Origin: Macrostomum lignano
Lineage: Eukaryota
Assembly: GCA_002269645.1 (NCBI GenBank)
Contig: NIVC01001784.1
Coordinates: 62,001-126,000, forward strand
Length of the DNA stretch: 64,000 nt
Direction: 5' to 3'
Of the stretch, positions 51,503 through 63,938 are shown in pieces. A program made the translations under genes and the position numbers. Position 1 is the first letter of the stretch. The number at the start of each line of letters is the position of its first letter. The notes beneath the pieces were generated by a model. It saw only the letters and a program-made list of their open reading frames with translations. It was not told the DNA's origin and ran no database searches.

Positions 51503-51600
51503 GGAAAGACAGTCAGACAGACACTAAGACACAGACAAACAGACAGACAGACAGGCAGGCAGACAGACAGAAAGACAAACGGAAAGACAGTCAGACAGGC
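50930..51600 (+). repeat. (AGAC)n/(AGGC)n microsatellite
   Basis: Interrupted tetranucleotide run between the CAP gene 5' end and the FKBP15-like 3' end. Confidence 0.95.
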
Positions 51601-52327
51601 AGATTATATAATAAATTACAAAGACTACGGCAGATGAAAGTGTTGTGCAATTAATATAAAAATCTGGCTTCATTCGAATGTATTATCAAATCAATCATCA
51701 TCATTACCATCATGGCAATGATTTTATGAAACGCAGTAAACACCAAATTATCTATGATAAATAGACTGAATAGAGGATTAAAAAATAATGGCCAAACATT
51801 GATTTGAGCACATTTATGTTGAAGAATCAAAATTTTATAATGAATTTTGGTGCCTTTCAACAATTGCATGTGAAGTAAATGTAAGCGGCTTGAATTAATT
51901 TGCTTCACTAAATCAGAGAATTTTTCCTAAGATCAGACACGCCTTCTTAAGATTGTCAAATTCTTGGTTAACATAAATAATCTACAGCCATATTTTGTAA
52001 TTTAGAAATCTTTTTGATAAAGTATGAAAATCAAACAACAAAACAGACACAGTTTCATTTTATAAACTCGCTTGTGAACACTATGATACCAGAAACACCA
52101 TTAATAATTGAACCAAAATATCAAATCAGAGATCAAAATTTACGCAAAAAGTTTTTTGATCGCTAAAGTTTTATTAAACGTTACAACTTTTGCACGCAAA
52201 ATGTTATTTTAGAATTTCAGACAGCACCACTAGTTTCTAATTGTTAATGAAAGAATTGATAAAAATCTGTCAAATATTTCGCTCGTGATCGTGATTTTAT
52301 TATCAGTTTATCTAATTATAATCATAA

Positions 52328-55300
52328 TTATTTAAGCCAATCCATGCTATCGTCATCTTCGTCGTCACTGAACAGTGGCTTCGGTTTCTCGGCCGTGGTG
52401 GCGGCGGCGGTAGGCTGAAATTTAAGATAAGGATTTGAATTTCATTGTTTTTGTATTAAATTTTTATGTACTTTTATGCACTAGTTGATGTACACTGAAG
52501 TAGAGGCGTCTGAAGTTTCACTAACTGGTTGGGGAGGCTAGATAATTCAATCGGCAAATGTACACTGTGGGAGAGAGAGAGGGGTTTGAAGTTTCACTAA
52601 CTGGCTGGGGAGGCTAGATAATTCAATCGGCAAATGTACACTGTGGGAGAGAGAGAGGTTTGAATTGTCACTAACTGGCTGGGGAGGCTAGACAATTCAA
52701 TCGGCAAATGTACACTGTGGGAGAGAGAGGTTTGAATTGTCACTAACTGGTTGGGGAGGCTAGATAATTCAATCGGCAAATGTACACTGTGGGAGAGAGA
52801 GAGGGGTTTGAAGTTTCACTAACTGGCTGGGGAGGCTAGATAATTCAATCGGCAAATGTACACTGTGGGAGAGAGAGGTTTGAATTGTCACTAACTGGCT
52901 GGGGAGGCTAGATAATTCAATCGGCAAATGTACACTGTGGGAGAGAGAGGTTTGAATTGTCACTAACTGGCTGGGGAGGCTAGATAATTCAATCGGCAAA
53001 TGTACACTGTGGGAGAGAGAGGTTTGAATTGTCACTAACTGGCTGGGGAGGCTAGATAATTCAATCGGCAAATGTACACTGTGGGAGAGAGAGGTTTGAA
53101 TTGTCACTAACTGGCTGGGGAGGCTAGATAATTCAATCGGCAAATGTACACTGTGGGAGAGAGAGGTTTGAATTGTCACTAACTGGCTGGGGAGGCTAGA
53201 TAATTCAATCGGCAAATGTACACTGTGGGAGAGAGAGGTTTGAATTGTCACTAACTGGCTGGGGAGGCTAGATAATTCAATCGGCAAATGTACACTGTGG
53301 GAGAGAGAGGTTTGAATTGTCACTAACTGGCTGGGGAGGCTAGATAATTCAATCGGCAAATGTACACTGTGGGAGAGAGAGGTTTGAATTGTCACTAACT
53401 GGCTGGGGAGGCTAGATAATTCAATCGGCAAATGTACACTGTGGGAGAGAGAGGTTTGAATTGTCACTAACTGGCTGGGGAGGCTAGATAATTCAATCGG
53501 CAAATGTACACTGTGGGAGAGAGAGGTTTGAATTGTCACTAACTGGCTGGGGAGGCTAGATAATTCAATCGGCAAATGTACACTGTGGGAGAGAGAGGTT
53601 TGAATTGTCACTAACTGGCTGGGGAGGCTAGATAATTCAATCGGCAAATGTACACTGTGGGAGAGAGAGGTTTGAATTGTCACTAACTGGCTGGGGAGGC
53701 TAGATAATTCAATCGGCAAATGTACACTGTGGGAGAGAGAGGTTTGAATTGTCACTAACTGGCTGGGGAGGCTAGATAATTCAATCGGCAAATGTACACT
53801 GTGGGAGGGAGAGGTTTGAATTGTCACTAACTGGCTGGGGAGGCTAGATAATTCAATCGGCAAATGTACACTGTGGGAGAGAGAGGTTTGAATTGTCACT
53901 AACTGGCTGGGGAGGCTAGATAATTCAATCGGCAAATGTACACTGTGGGAGGGAGAGGTTTGAATTGTCACTAACTGGCTGGGGAGGCTAGATAATTCAA
54001 TCGGCAAATGTACACTGTGGGAGAGAGAGGTTTGAATTGTCACTAACTGGCTGGGGAGGCTAGATAATTCAATCGGCAAATGTACACTGTGGGAGAGAGA
54101 GGTTTGAATTGTCACTAACTGGCTGGGGAGGCTAGATAATTCAATCGGCAAATGTACACTGTGGGAGAGAGGGGTTTGAATTGTCACTAACTGGCTGGGG
54201 AGGCTAGATAATTCAATCGGCAAATGTACACTGTTGGAGAGAGAGGTTTGAATTGTCACTAACTGGCTGGGGAGGCTAGATAATTCAATCGGCAAATGTA
54301 CACTGTGGGAGAGAGAGGTTTGAATTGTCACTAACTGGCTGGGGAGGCTAGATAATTCAATCGGCAAATGTACACTGTGGGAGAGAGAGGTTTGAATTGT
54401 CACTAACTGGCTGGGGAGGCTAGATAATTCAATCGGCAAATGTACACTGTTGGAGAGAGAGGTTTGAATTGTCACTAACTGGCTGGGGAGGCTAGATAAT
54501 TCAATCGGCAAATGTACACTGTGGGAGGGAGAGGTTTGAATTGTCACTAACTGGCTGGGGAGGCTAGATAATTCAATCGGCAAATGTACACTGTGGGAGG
54601 GAGAGGTTTGAATTGTCACTAACTGGCTGGGGAGGCTAGATAATTCAATCGGCAAATGTACACTGTGGGAGGGAGAGGTTTGAATTGTCACTAACTGGCT
54701 GGGGAGGCTAGATAATTCAATCGGCAAATGTACACTGTGGGAGAGAGAGGTTTGAATTGTCACTAACTGGCTGGGGAGGCTAGATAATTCAATCGGCAAA
54801 TGTACACTGTGGGAGAGAGAGGTTTGAATTGTCACTAACTGGCTGGGGAGGCTAGATAATTCAATCGGCAAATGTACACTGTGGGAGAGAGAGGTTTGAA
54901 TTGTCACTAACTGGCTGGGGAGGCTAGATAATTCAATCGGCAAATGTACACTGTGGGAGAGAGAGGTTTGAATTGTCACTAACTGGCTGGGGAGGCTAGA
55001 TAATTCAATCGGCAAATGTACACTGTTGGAGAGAGAGGTTTGAATTGTCACTAACTGGCTGGGGAGGCTAGATAATTCAATCGGCAAATGTACACTGTGG
55101 GAGGGAGAGGTTTGAATTGTCACTAACTGGCTGGGGAGGCTAGATAATTCAATCGGCAAATGTACACTGTGGGAGGGAGAGGTTTGAATTGTCACTAACT
55201 GGCTGGGGAGGCTAGATAATTCAATCGGCAAATGTACACTGTGGGAGGGAGAGGTTTGAATTGTCACTAACTGGCTGGGGAGGCTAGATAATTCAATCGG

Positions 55301-58300
55301 CAAATGTACACTGTGGGAGAGAGAGGTTTGAATTGTCACTAACTGGCTGGGGAGGCTAGATAATTCAATCGGCAAATGTACACTGTGGGAGAGAGAGGTT
55401 TGAATTGTCACTAACTGGCTGGGGAGGCTAGATAATTCAATCGGCAAATGTACACTGTGGGAGAGAGAGGTTTGAATTGTCACTAACTGGCTGGGGAGGC
55501 TAGATAATTCAATCGGCAAATGTACACTGTGGGAGAGAGAGGTTTGAATTGTCACTAACTGGCTGGGGAGGCTAGATAATTCAATCGGCAAATGTACACT
55601 ATAAAGAGGGGTTTGAAGCTTTTTTCACTTAGGGATAGAGAGAATAACGAATGTACACAGGAGGAAAAGACAATTGAAGCTTCAGTGGCGGGCAGAGGGC
55701 TAGAATAGTTATGTAAGTCGATTTACATTGTGAAGTATAAATAGAAGTGAGGCATTAAATACTAGGCAAATCAACTTTCTTCAAAAGACTTACTTTCTCA
55801 GCAGCAGGAGTTGGTTGCTCTTCGTCTTTCTTCTTAAACAAAGACTTGCCAAAGGCACTTTCTTCATCTTCGTCACTATCTTCGTCTCCAAATATGCTGT
55901 AAAATTGCAAAAATTAAACAGTAAAATCTGTTTCAAAACAAAGACATAGAAAAATGACCTACAATTCAAGACAGGCAACTTACTTCGGAACTTTAGACTT
56001 CTTTTCAACGGAAACCGTTGAAGGTTTTTGCTGACTGTTTGAGCCAGACTTTTGCTGCTGCTGCTTGCTAAGTGAAGCTGCAGCGGCGGGTGATTCTTCA
56101 TCGCTATCGGAGTCGGCAAAGATGCTGCAAAATATTTGTTCGAAGTTTCGATAATTTTTTATTTGCAATTCTGTATTTTTAATCACTCGGACTTACTCCT
56201 TAAGCTTGGGAGCTGGCGGCAGCGGTGAGGTCGGATCCGATGGCTGGCCGGTTGCTGCACTCTGACCTTCATTATCATTGACCTTGTCGACGCTAACGGG
56301 TTTTTCTTCGGAAGGCAGGGCATCTTTAACTTTCTCTTCCTCAGTTGTCACATCAACAGAAGGTTGATCCTCTTCTGATATGATTTTCTTGTCCTCGGAT
56401 GGGATTTCCCTGTCCTCGGATGGGATTTCTCTGTCCTCGGATGGGATTTCCCTGTCCTCGGATGGGATTTCCCTGTCCTTGGATGGGATTTCCCTGTCCT
56501 CGGATGGGATTTCCCTGTCCTCAGATGGAATTTCCCTGTCCTCGGATGGGATTTCCCTGTTCTCGGATGGGATTTCCCTGTCCTCGGATGGGATTTCCCC
56601 ATTATTTGATGCCGGCTTTTCAGTCGCATCCGGATTTTCCTCTTCCTCCATAGGCGGCGGGCTCTCCCTGCCTGCACGATCATCATCTGACGAAGCCTTC
56701 TCATCCCCAGATACACCAGGTTCCGGGCGAACTGCGATGGGAGCCGCAATGACCACATTTCCCCCAGCATCTTCATCCGCTTCCTCTTCCTCATCATCGT
56801 GCAGATTCGGCCGATTTTCGGGCGACCGAACTTTACTATCAAACTCGTCGAATGTGCCAGAATCCTCGAGGCCGCCGCCGCCGCGACCTTCGTCAGCGTC
56901 GCCACCGGCAGCCATGCCGTCCTCGTCGGCGCCCCCAGCAGCCGCTGCGGCTGCGGCGCCAAGCAACGGCGGCGAAACGGCGCCATCGCCGACGCTATTG
57001 CTGCCGCGCCCCCGAATTCGATAACGGCCGCCCGGCTCCGGCGTGGCTGGCGGCGTCGACGGACCGCCGCTAGGCAGCGGTCGAAAATCATCGGCGCTCG
57101 GCGCCGCCGCCGCCGCCGCTGCTGCTGCACCATCAGGCGCCAAAGCTGACGATGGCGACAGGGCGCTTAAACGAGCGCTGATTTCCTGACGGTGGAGCTT
57201 TTCGGCGGCGCTGACGACCAGCTCCGAGTGAGAGTGCTCGCCTGGCGAAGTCGGCGGAGTTGACGGCTCAACGTCGACAGTTCCACCTAAGGCGTCGGCG
57301 GCCGCTGCAATGGCGGCAACTTCTTTGTCCTCTTCGGCTGCCTCGTCTATTGTCGGCTTTTCATCTGCATTATCAACTTCGTCTCTGTCTTCATCTTCAG
57401 CCTCGCTGGATGCCTCCTCATCCTCGTCTTCTTCTTCGTCTTCTTCCTCATCGTCATTTTCCGCCAGTTCTCCGGTGGCACGCAGCGTCTCTTTCTGCGG
57501 TAGGTAAAATAGTGAATAGGTAGGATTCAACCCCCCTCTCCCACTGTACATAGAGAAGGCGGCCCGCCCCACTCCCAGCCAGCCAGCGAGTGAAGCTTCA
57601 ACCCTCTCTGCCCCAGTGTACATAGAGAAGGCCTCACTCCCAGCCAGCCAGCCAGTGAGGCTGCAACCCCCTCTGCCCCAATGTACATAGAGAAGGCGGC
57701 CCACCCCACTCTCAGCCAGCCAGCCAGTGAAGCTTCAACCCCCTCTGCCCCAATGTACATAGAGAAGGCGGCCCGCCCCACTCCTAGCCAGCCAGCCAGT
57801 TAAGTTTCAACCCCCTCTGCCCCAATGTGCATAGAAAAGGCGGCCCGCCTCACTCCTAGCCAGCCAGCCAGCCAGTTAAGGTTCAACTCTCTGTGGCCCC
57901 AGAAATATCATGTTACACCAAACGTACCTTAATCACTAAAAGCAGAGTTTGCAACACTTTCTCGCCGCTGTAACGTTTGTTAGGATCAATCTTACGTCGC
58001 AACGATTGAAACACTCCGTTCATGACAGTTTTGAGCTAAAAGTTGAAAAATATATTTTAGGAAATTGTTTTTCTCAGGATTAAAAGTAACTATCGCTCTA
58101 GCAGTGCCCACCTCTCCTGATACACTCTTTCCAGTCTCCGATTGATTCTCTTTCTGACGCGTCAGCAATCGCTGTTCGGCTTCTTCCAGCTTAGCCTGCA
58201 GGGCATCTCGGTCAGCCGCTGTCGCCTCCAGTTGCTCTTCCAGTCGCTGCTTCAGTTTCAACGCTTGAGCACGAGTTTTCTCTACCTGCCGAAGTGAGAT

Positions 58301-61300
58301 TAGATGCGTCTTGTATCTTGAGAGATGAGAGAGATTAGAGAGAATGATATCAGATGGTGAGATTAGAGACTATGAGATCAGATAGGAAGATTAGATAATG
58401 AGACTAGATGAGATATAATGAGATTAGATGAGAGATAAGAGACATGGAGATCAGCCAATGAGATGAGAGAATGAGACTACAGATAATAAGACTAGATGAG
58501 AGATAAGAGACATGGAGATCAGCCAAGGAGATGAGAGAATGAGACTACAGATAATAAGACTAGATAAGAGATAATGAGATTAGATGAAAGAGATTATGGA
58601 GACATCGAGATTAGAGTTATTGAGACTAGATGAGAGATAATGAGATTGGGTGAAAGAGATTAAAGACAACGAGACTAGAGATAATGAAATTAGACGAGAG
58701 AGATAAGAGACAATAAGACTAGAGATAATGAGATTGGATGAGAGAGATTAGAGACAAGAAATCAGATTAGACAGGCAGCCCAGGACGCACCTTGGCCTGT
58801 GCCTCGTCCAGCAGCTCCCTGGTCTCGTCCAGAGCAGTCTGGCGCTCGTGCGACCCGGCCCGAGCTTCGGCCAGCCGTTTGGCCGCTTCCTCGAGCTGGC
58901 CGGCCAGTTTGGCCCGCTCGGTCTCGGCGTCGCCTAGCAACCGGGCAGCCCGTTCCCGTTCGAGTTCCACCAGCCGGTCGCATTTCTCTCGCCAGGCCCG
59001 CTCAGCCGAGGCTTCAATGTCGGCGGCGCGCTGGGCGAAGTCGCGATCTCCGGCCGTGCGGCAGCGTCGGAGCTCCTCGCGCAGGCTGGCAGCGGCGGCG
59101 TCGCCGGCCTCGCGAGCGGCCGCCAAATCGGCATCGAATTGTTGGCGCTCGGCGGCCAGCTTGGCGCGGGAATCCTGCAGCTGGGCTGCGGGAATGGGAG
59201 GGGTTGCATGGGGAGGCTTAGCGGTCAAATGGAAGGAAATAAAGTAGGGTGCGAGTTGAGGAAGAAGTGGGGGAGGTTCGGAATGGGAAAGCAAAGAAAG
59301 GGAAGAAACGAGGGGAGAGACGAGAGAAGGAGAGACGAGAGGGGAGAGACGGGAGGGAAGAGACGAGAGGGGAGAGACGGGAGGGGAGAGACGAGAGGGG
59401 AGAGACGAGAGGGGAGAGACGAGAGGGGAGAGACGGGAGGGGAGAGATGAGAGGGGAGAGGGGAGAGGGGAGAGACAGGAGGAGAGAGACGGGAGGGGAG
59501 AGATGAGAGGGGAGAGACGGGAGGGGAGAGATGAGAGGGGAGAGGGGAGAGACGGGAGGGGAGACACGAGGGGAGAGACGGGAGGGGAGACAGGAGAGGG
59601 GAGAGATGGGAGACGGGAGGTGAGACATGAGAGGGGAGAGATGAGAGACGGGAGGGGAGACATGAGAGGGGAGAGATGGGAGACGGGAGGTGAGACATGA
59701 GAGGGGAGAGATGAGAGACGGGAGGGGAGACAGGAGAGGGGAGAGATGGGAGACGGGAGGGGAGACAGGAGAGGGGAGAGATGGGAGACGGGAGGGGAGA
59801 CAGGAGAGGGGAGAGATGGGAGGGGAGACATGAGAGGGGAGAGATGGGAGACGGGAGGGGAGACAGGAGAGGGGAGAGATGGGAGACGGGAGGGGAGACA
59901 GGAGAGGGGAGAGATGGGAGACGGGAGGGGAGACAGGAGAGGGGAGAGATGGGAGACGGGAGGGGAGACAGGAGAGGGGAGAGATGGGAGACGGGAGGGG
60001 AGACAGGAGAGGGGAGAGATGAGAGACGGGAGGGGAGACAGGAGAGGGGAGAGATGGGAGACGGGAGGGGAGACAGGAGAGGGGAGAGGCAGTCAGGCAG
60101 CAGAGCCCTCACCAGCGGCCCTGTCAGCCCTGTCCTGCAGCTCATCCCTGGCCTCGGCCAGTTCCCTCGCTCGCTCCTCGCCAGCCAGACGGGCTTTCCG
60201 TTCGTCCTTGAGCCCAGCCTCGGCCTGCTGCGCCTTGGTCTCGGCCTCGGCCAGGCGGGTCCGCAGCTGCAGCAGGGCGGTGTCGTTTGTCTCCGTGCGG
60301 CCCAGAGCGGCGGACAGCTCGGCGCGCAGCTGCCGCTCGCCAGTCTCCAATTCAGCTAATCGAGTCTGGTGCTCGCTCAGTTGAGCCGTGCGCTCGCCCA
60401 GGCGTTTAGTCAGGTCGAGTTTCTCCTGTTCGAGTTCGAGTACACGGCGGGCGGACTCGGCTGCGGCCAGTTGCAGAGAGTCGGCGTTCTTCTCTAACAG
60501 GCTGTTGCTCTGCTCGTGCGAGGCCTGGCTGCGCCTCACCAGGGCGCTGATCTGCGGCAACGGAGAGGGGGAGGCTTTCTATACCCCACTGGATAGGAAA
60601 GATACTTCACTGGATAGGAAAGATACCCCTATAGAAAAAAAAATACCCCACTGGATCGAAAAGATACCCCATTGGATAGAAAAGATACCCCACTGGATAG
60701 AAGAGATACCTCACAGTCCCCACTGGATAGCAAAAAGACCCCACTGGATAAAAGAGATACCCCACTGGATAGAAAAGATACCCCACTGGATAGAAGAGAT
60801 ACCCCACAGTCCCCACTGGATAGCAAAAAGACCCCACTGGATAGAAGAGATACCCCACTGGATAGAAAAGATACTCCACTGGATAGAAGAGATACCCCAC
60901 TGGATAGAAAAGATACCCCACTGGATAGAAGAGATACCCCACAGTCCCCACTGGATAGCAAAAAGACCCCACTGGATAGAAGAGATACCCAACTGGATAG
61001 CAAAAAGACCCCACTGGATAGAAGAGATACCCAACTGGATAGAAAAGATACTCCACTGGATAGAAAAGATACTCCACTGGATAGAAGAGATACCCCACTG
61101 GATAGCAAAAAGACTCCACTGGATAGCAAAAAGACCCCACTGGATAGCAAAAAGACCCCACTGGATAGCAAAAAGACCCTACTGGATAGCAAAAAGACCC
61201 CACTGGATAGCAAAAAGACCCCACTGGATAGCAAAAAGACCCCACTGGATAGAAAAGATACTCCACTGGATAGCAAAAAGACCCCACTGGATGGCAAAAA

Positions 61301-62834
61301 GACCCCACTGGATAGCAAAAAGACCCCACTGAATAGCAAAAAGACCCCACTGGATAGCAAAAAGACCCCACTGGATAGCAAAAAGACCCCACTGAATAGC
61401 AAAAAGACCCCACTGGATAGCAAAAAGACCCCACTGGATAGCAAAAAGACCCTACTGGATAGCAAAAAGACCCCACTGGATAGAAAAGATACTCCACTGG
61501 ATAGCAAAAAGACCCCACTGGATAGCAAAAAGACCCCACTGGATAGCAAAAAGACCCCACTGGATAGCAAAAAGACCCCACTGGATAGCAAAAAGACCCC
61601 ACTGGATAGCAAAAAGACCCCACTGGATAGCAAAAAGACCCCACTGGATAGCAAAAAGACCCCACTGGATAGCAAAAAGACCCCACTGGATAGCAAAAAG
61701 ATAACAAAAAGACCCCACTGGATAGCAAAAAGACCCCACTGGATAGAAGAGATACCCCATTGGATCGAAAAGATACCCCACTGGATAGAAGAGATACCCC
61801 ACTGGATAGAAAAGATACTCCACTGGATAGCAAAAAGACCCCATTGGGTAGCAAAAAGACCCCACTGGATCGAAAAGATACTCCACTGGATAGAAGAGAT
61901 ACCCCACTGGATCGAAAAGATACCCCACTGGATAGAAGAGATACCCCACAGTCCCCACTGGATAGCAAAAAGACCCCACTGGATAGAAGAGATAACCCAC
62001 TGGATCGAAAAGATACTCCACTGGATAGCAAAAAGACCCCACTGGATAGAAGAGATAACCCACTGGATCGAAAAGATACTCCACTGGATAGCAAAAAGAC
62101 CCCACTGGATAGAAGAGATAACCCACTGGATCGAAAAGATACTCCACTGGATAGCAAAAAGACCCCATTGGATAGCAAAAAGACCCCATTGGATAGCAAA
62201 AAGACCCCATTGGATAGCAAAAAGACCCCATCAGATAGAAAAGATAGATTATAACGACTCAAACGACTGCAATGTGACGGAGGCGACTGTTCAAGTCAAG
62301 TCGCCTCTTAAGGCTAAAGGCTAAAGCACTTACCTTATCGTTCAGCTCCTGAATCTTGTCGCTCTTCTCAGTAACTTCTTTCCTAAGCGAATCATTGTCG
62401 CGAACCAGCCTGCCGATGCTGGTAAACAGAACCGAAGCCTCCAAAGTCGGAGCTTGCACCTGCAGCTGGTGGCGATCTTTTTCGGCGTCAACAATAGACT
62501 GAACCCGTTCGGTTAGCCGGTCTAATTGGTCTTGGACTCGAGCCACCGATAGGCGCATCTCTGTGTTGTGCTGGCGAGTTTCGCTGACTAGCATCGAGGT
62601 TGCAGCGCTGCTGCTTGAGTCGGTCGCTGGCTGTTGCTGCTGCTGCTGCTGCAGATGATGCGCCATCAGGGGAGACGGAGCGTAGGGCAGTACAGCGGAA
62701 CCCAACGGCTGCTGCTGCTGTGACTGTACAGGATACGGCTGACCGGATGCGGCCGCCGTCAAATAGCCCATTGAAGCGGCTGCTGAAACCATCGGATCCA
62801 TGGCTGCGGCGCCAGGATAGGCTGGAGGAAACGC
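52328..62834 (-). CDS. FKBP15: FKBP15/WAFL-like protein, 3' portion (~1081 codons); N-terminal WH1 and FKBP domains not seen in the window
   Basis: Exons 62834-62334, 60551-60113, 59185-58791, 58285-58112, 58035-57928, 57494-56197, 56124-55984, 55896-55794, 52414-52328 (phases consistent). SETRQHNTEMRLSV, RLVRDNDSLRKEVTEKSDKIQELNDKISAL..EQSNSLLEK, LKTVMNGVFQSLRR and the C-terminus PLFSDDEDDDSMDWLK* recall human FKBP15 (TEARQHNTEIR, IQENERLKQEILEK, KIMNQVFQSLRR, PLFGDDDDDDDIDWLG). Confidence 0.85.
52490..55605 (+). repeat. 72-bp highly homogeneous minisatellite in the last FKBP15 intron
   Basis: Unit GGTTTGAATTGTCACTAACTGGCTGGGGAGGCTAGATAATTCAATCGGCAAATGTACACTGTGGGAGAGAGA, about 43 copies; degenerate copies continue to about 55730. 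Confidence 0.97.
56390..56599 (-). repeat. Coding 21-bp tandem repeat (EIPSEDR x10) inside an FKBP15 exon
   Basis: GAAATCCCATCCGAGGACAGG x10, in frame within exon 57494-56197. Confidence 0.85.
57525..57890 (+). repeat. ~60-72-bp diverged minisatellite in an FKBP15 intron
   Basis: Unit approximately CAACCCCCTCTGCCCCAATGTACATAGAGAAGGCGGCCCGCCCCACTCCCAGCCAGCCAGCCAGTGAAGCTT, about 5 copies. Confidence 0.85.
58320..58765 (+). repeat. Degenerate GAGAT/AGAT-rich repeat in an FKBP15 intron
   Basis: GAGACTAGATGAGATAA-type iterations. Confidence 0.75.
59310..60090 (+). repeat. Purine-rich (G/A) ~33-bp repeat in an FKBP15 intron
   Basis: GGGAGACGGGAGGGGAGACAGGAGAGGGGAGAGAT iterations, almost purely purine on the + strand. 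Confidence 0.9.
60585..62240 (+). repeat. 21-bp minisatellite in an FKBP15 intron
   Basis: Units CCCCACTGGATAGCAAAAAGA / CCCCACTGGATAGAAGAGATA, with a recurrent CACAGTCCC insertion. Confidence 0.95.
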
Positions 62835-62974
62835 CTGCAATTTTATGGTATTTATTATTTTAATATTTTTATTATTAGTACTTCAAGTATTAGTATAATT
62901 TGGCTAGCAGCAGGCTTTTTCAACTAAAACTGAGGCAGTCAGGTTTTCAATATTATATGCCTAATGTCAAAGTA

Positions 62975-63938
62975 CTTCGGGTGTGTCATAAGTGATGTCA
63001 CTGCAAGCCTCTGTCTAAAATATGTAGGCACATGGACTTGTGGGTAGTGTAGCTGCAAAGTATACTTAGTGAAGCAATACCAGTGCATTTGAGACGTGCA
63101 TAGGTTGTTTATGGCCCAACCTATCGCAAGAATACGCCAAGCAGATTTAGCAAGTGCAACGCGATGAAAACTCGTCTATGCAGCGAACAAAAATAACCAT
63201 GAATCTCGACAAGACGCCTGCACCAAGCAGATCCGCAAGGTGTTCAGCAGCCGGGGCTTGAATGACATCCTAAACTGCCTGGTTGCTGAGGATGAAAGCT
63301 GGCTCCACCTGGATGGCAAGGGCAGCAAGGCAGACAATCGCTGCTGGCTGGGAGCTGGGGTCTGCTGCCGACCGTGACCACGAGGTCCTTCTCGGACAAG
63401 AAGACCATGCTGCTGGTGGCCTTTACGCCAAACAAAGATGTCTCATCGAGGGTCAAACGTCAAGTTCGATTGTCAGTAGTTTTTATCCGCTTTTGCCCGG
63501 CACACTGGGGTCCTTTGGCGCACTCTTCGGTCAAATCCATGTCTCCTGGACGAGGTTCTGTGGCAGGTGGACACCGCACGGTCGCACACCTGTAAGCCTG
63601 TTTCGGATTTTCTACCTGCACGGCGAGTGAATCTGCTCTGACAGTCCCTACAGCCCGGACCTCAACTTGTGCGGCAGATTTCTGTTCAAATGGCTGAAGG
63701 CTGACTTTTCCAAGAAGAGTTTCGCAAATCATGAAGAGATCAAACAGGCCGCGTTGCACTGGTTATGGCTGTTGGATTAAAAACACCTGCAGGCTGAGGT
63801 GGACAAGCTGTATGAGCATTGCCAGAGAGTGATTGATATTGGGGGACTCTATATTGTTGAGTGGTACAGTTTTGTTCATCTGCGATTGCAAGTTCGTCTG
63901 TTTTCACATCAGTGACATAACTTTTGGCACACCCGAAG
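62975..63938 (+). mobile_element. Decayed mariner-type DNA transposon, 964 bp
   Basis: 29-bp TIRs CTTCGGGTGTG(T/C)CA(T/A)AAGT(G/T)ATGTCACTG at 62975-63003 and 63910-63938 (3 mismatches). TA TSD at 62973-62974 and 63939-63940. Transposase relics LVAEDESWLH and SPYSPDLNLCGRFLFKWLK with stops and frameshifts. Confidence 0.88.

Noticed and set aside
52769-55591. 940-aa ORF on the minus strand
   Set aside because: Pure translation of a 72-bp tandem array (24-aa period) inside the last FKBP15 intron; no start context or domain.
60388-62324. Several 300-550-aa ORFs on both strands
   Set aside because: Artefacts of the 21-bp intronic minisatellite; the flanking FKBP15 exons splice cleanly across it.
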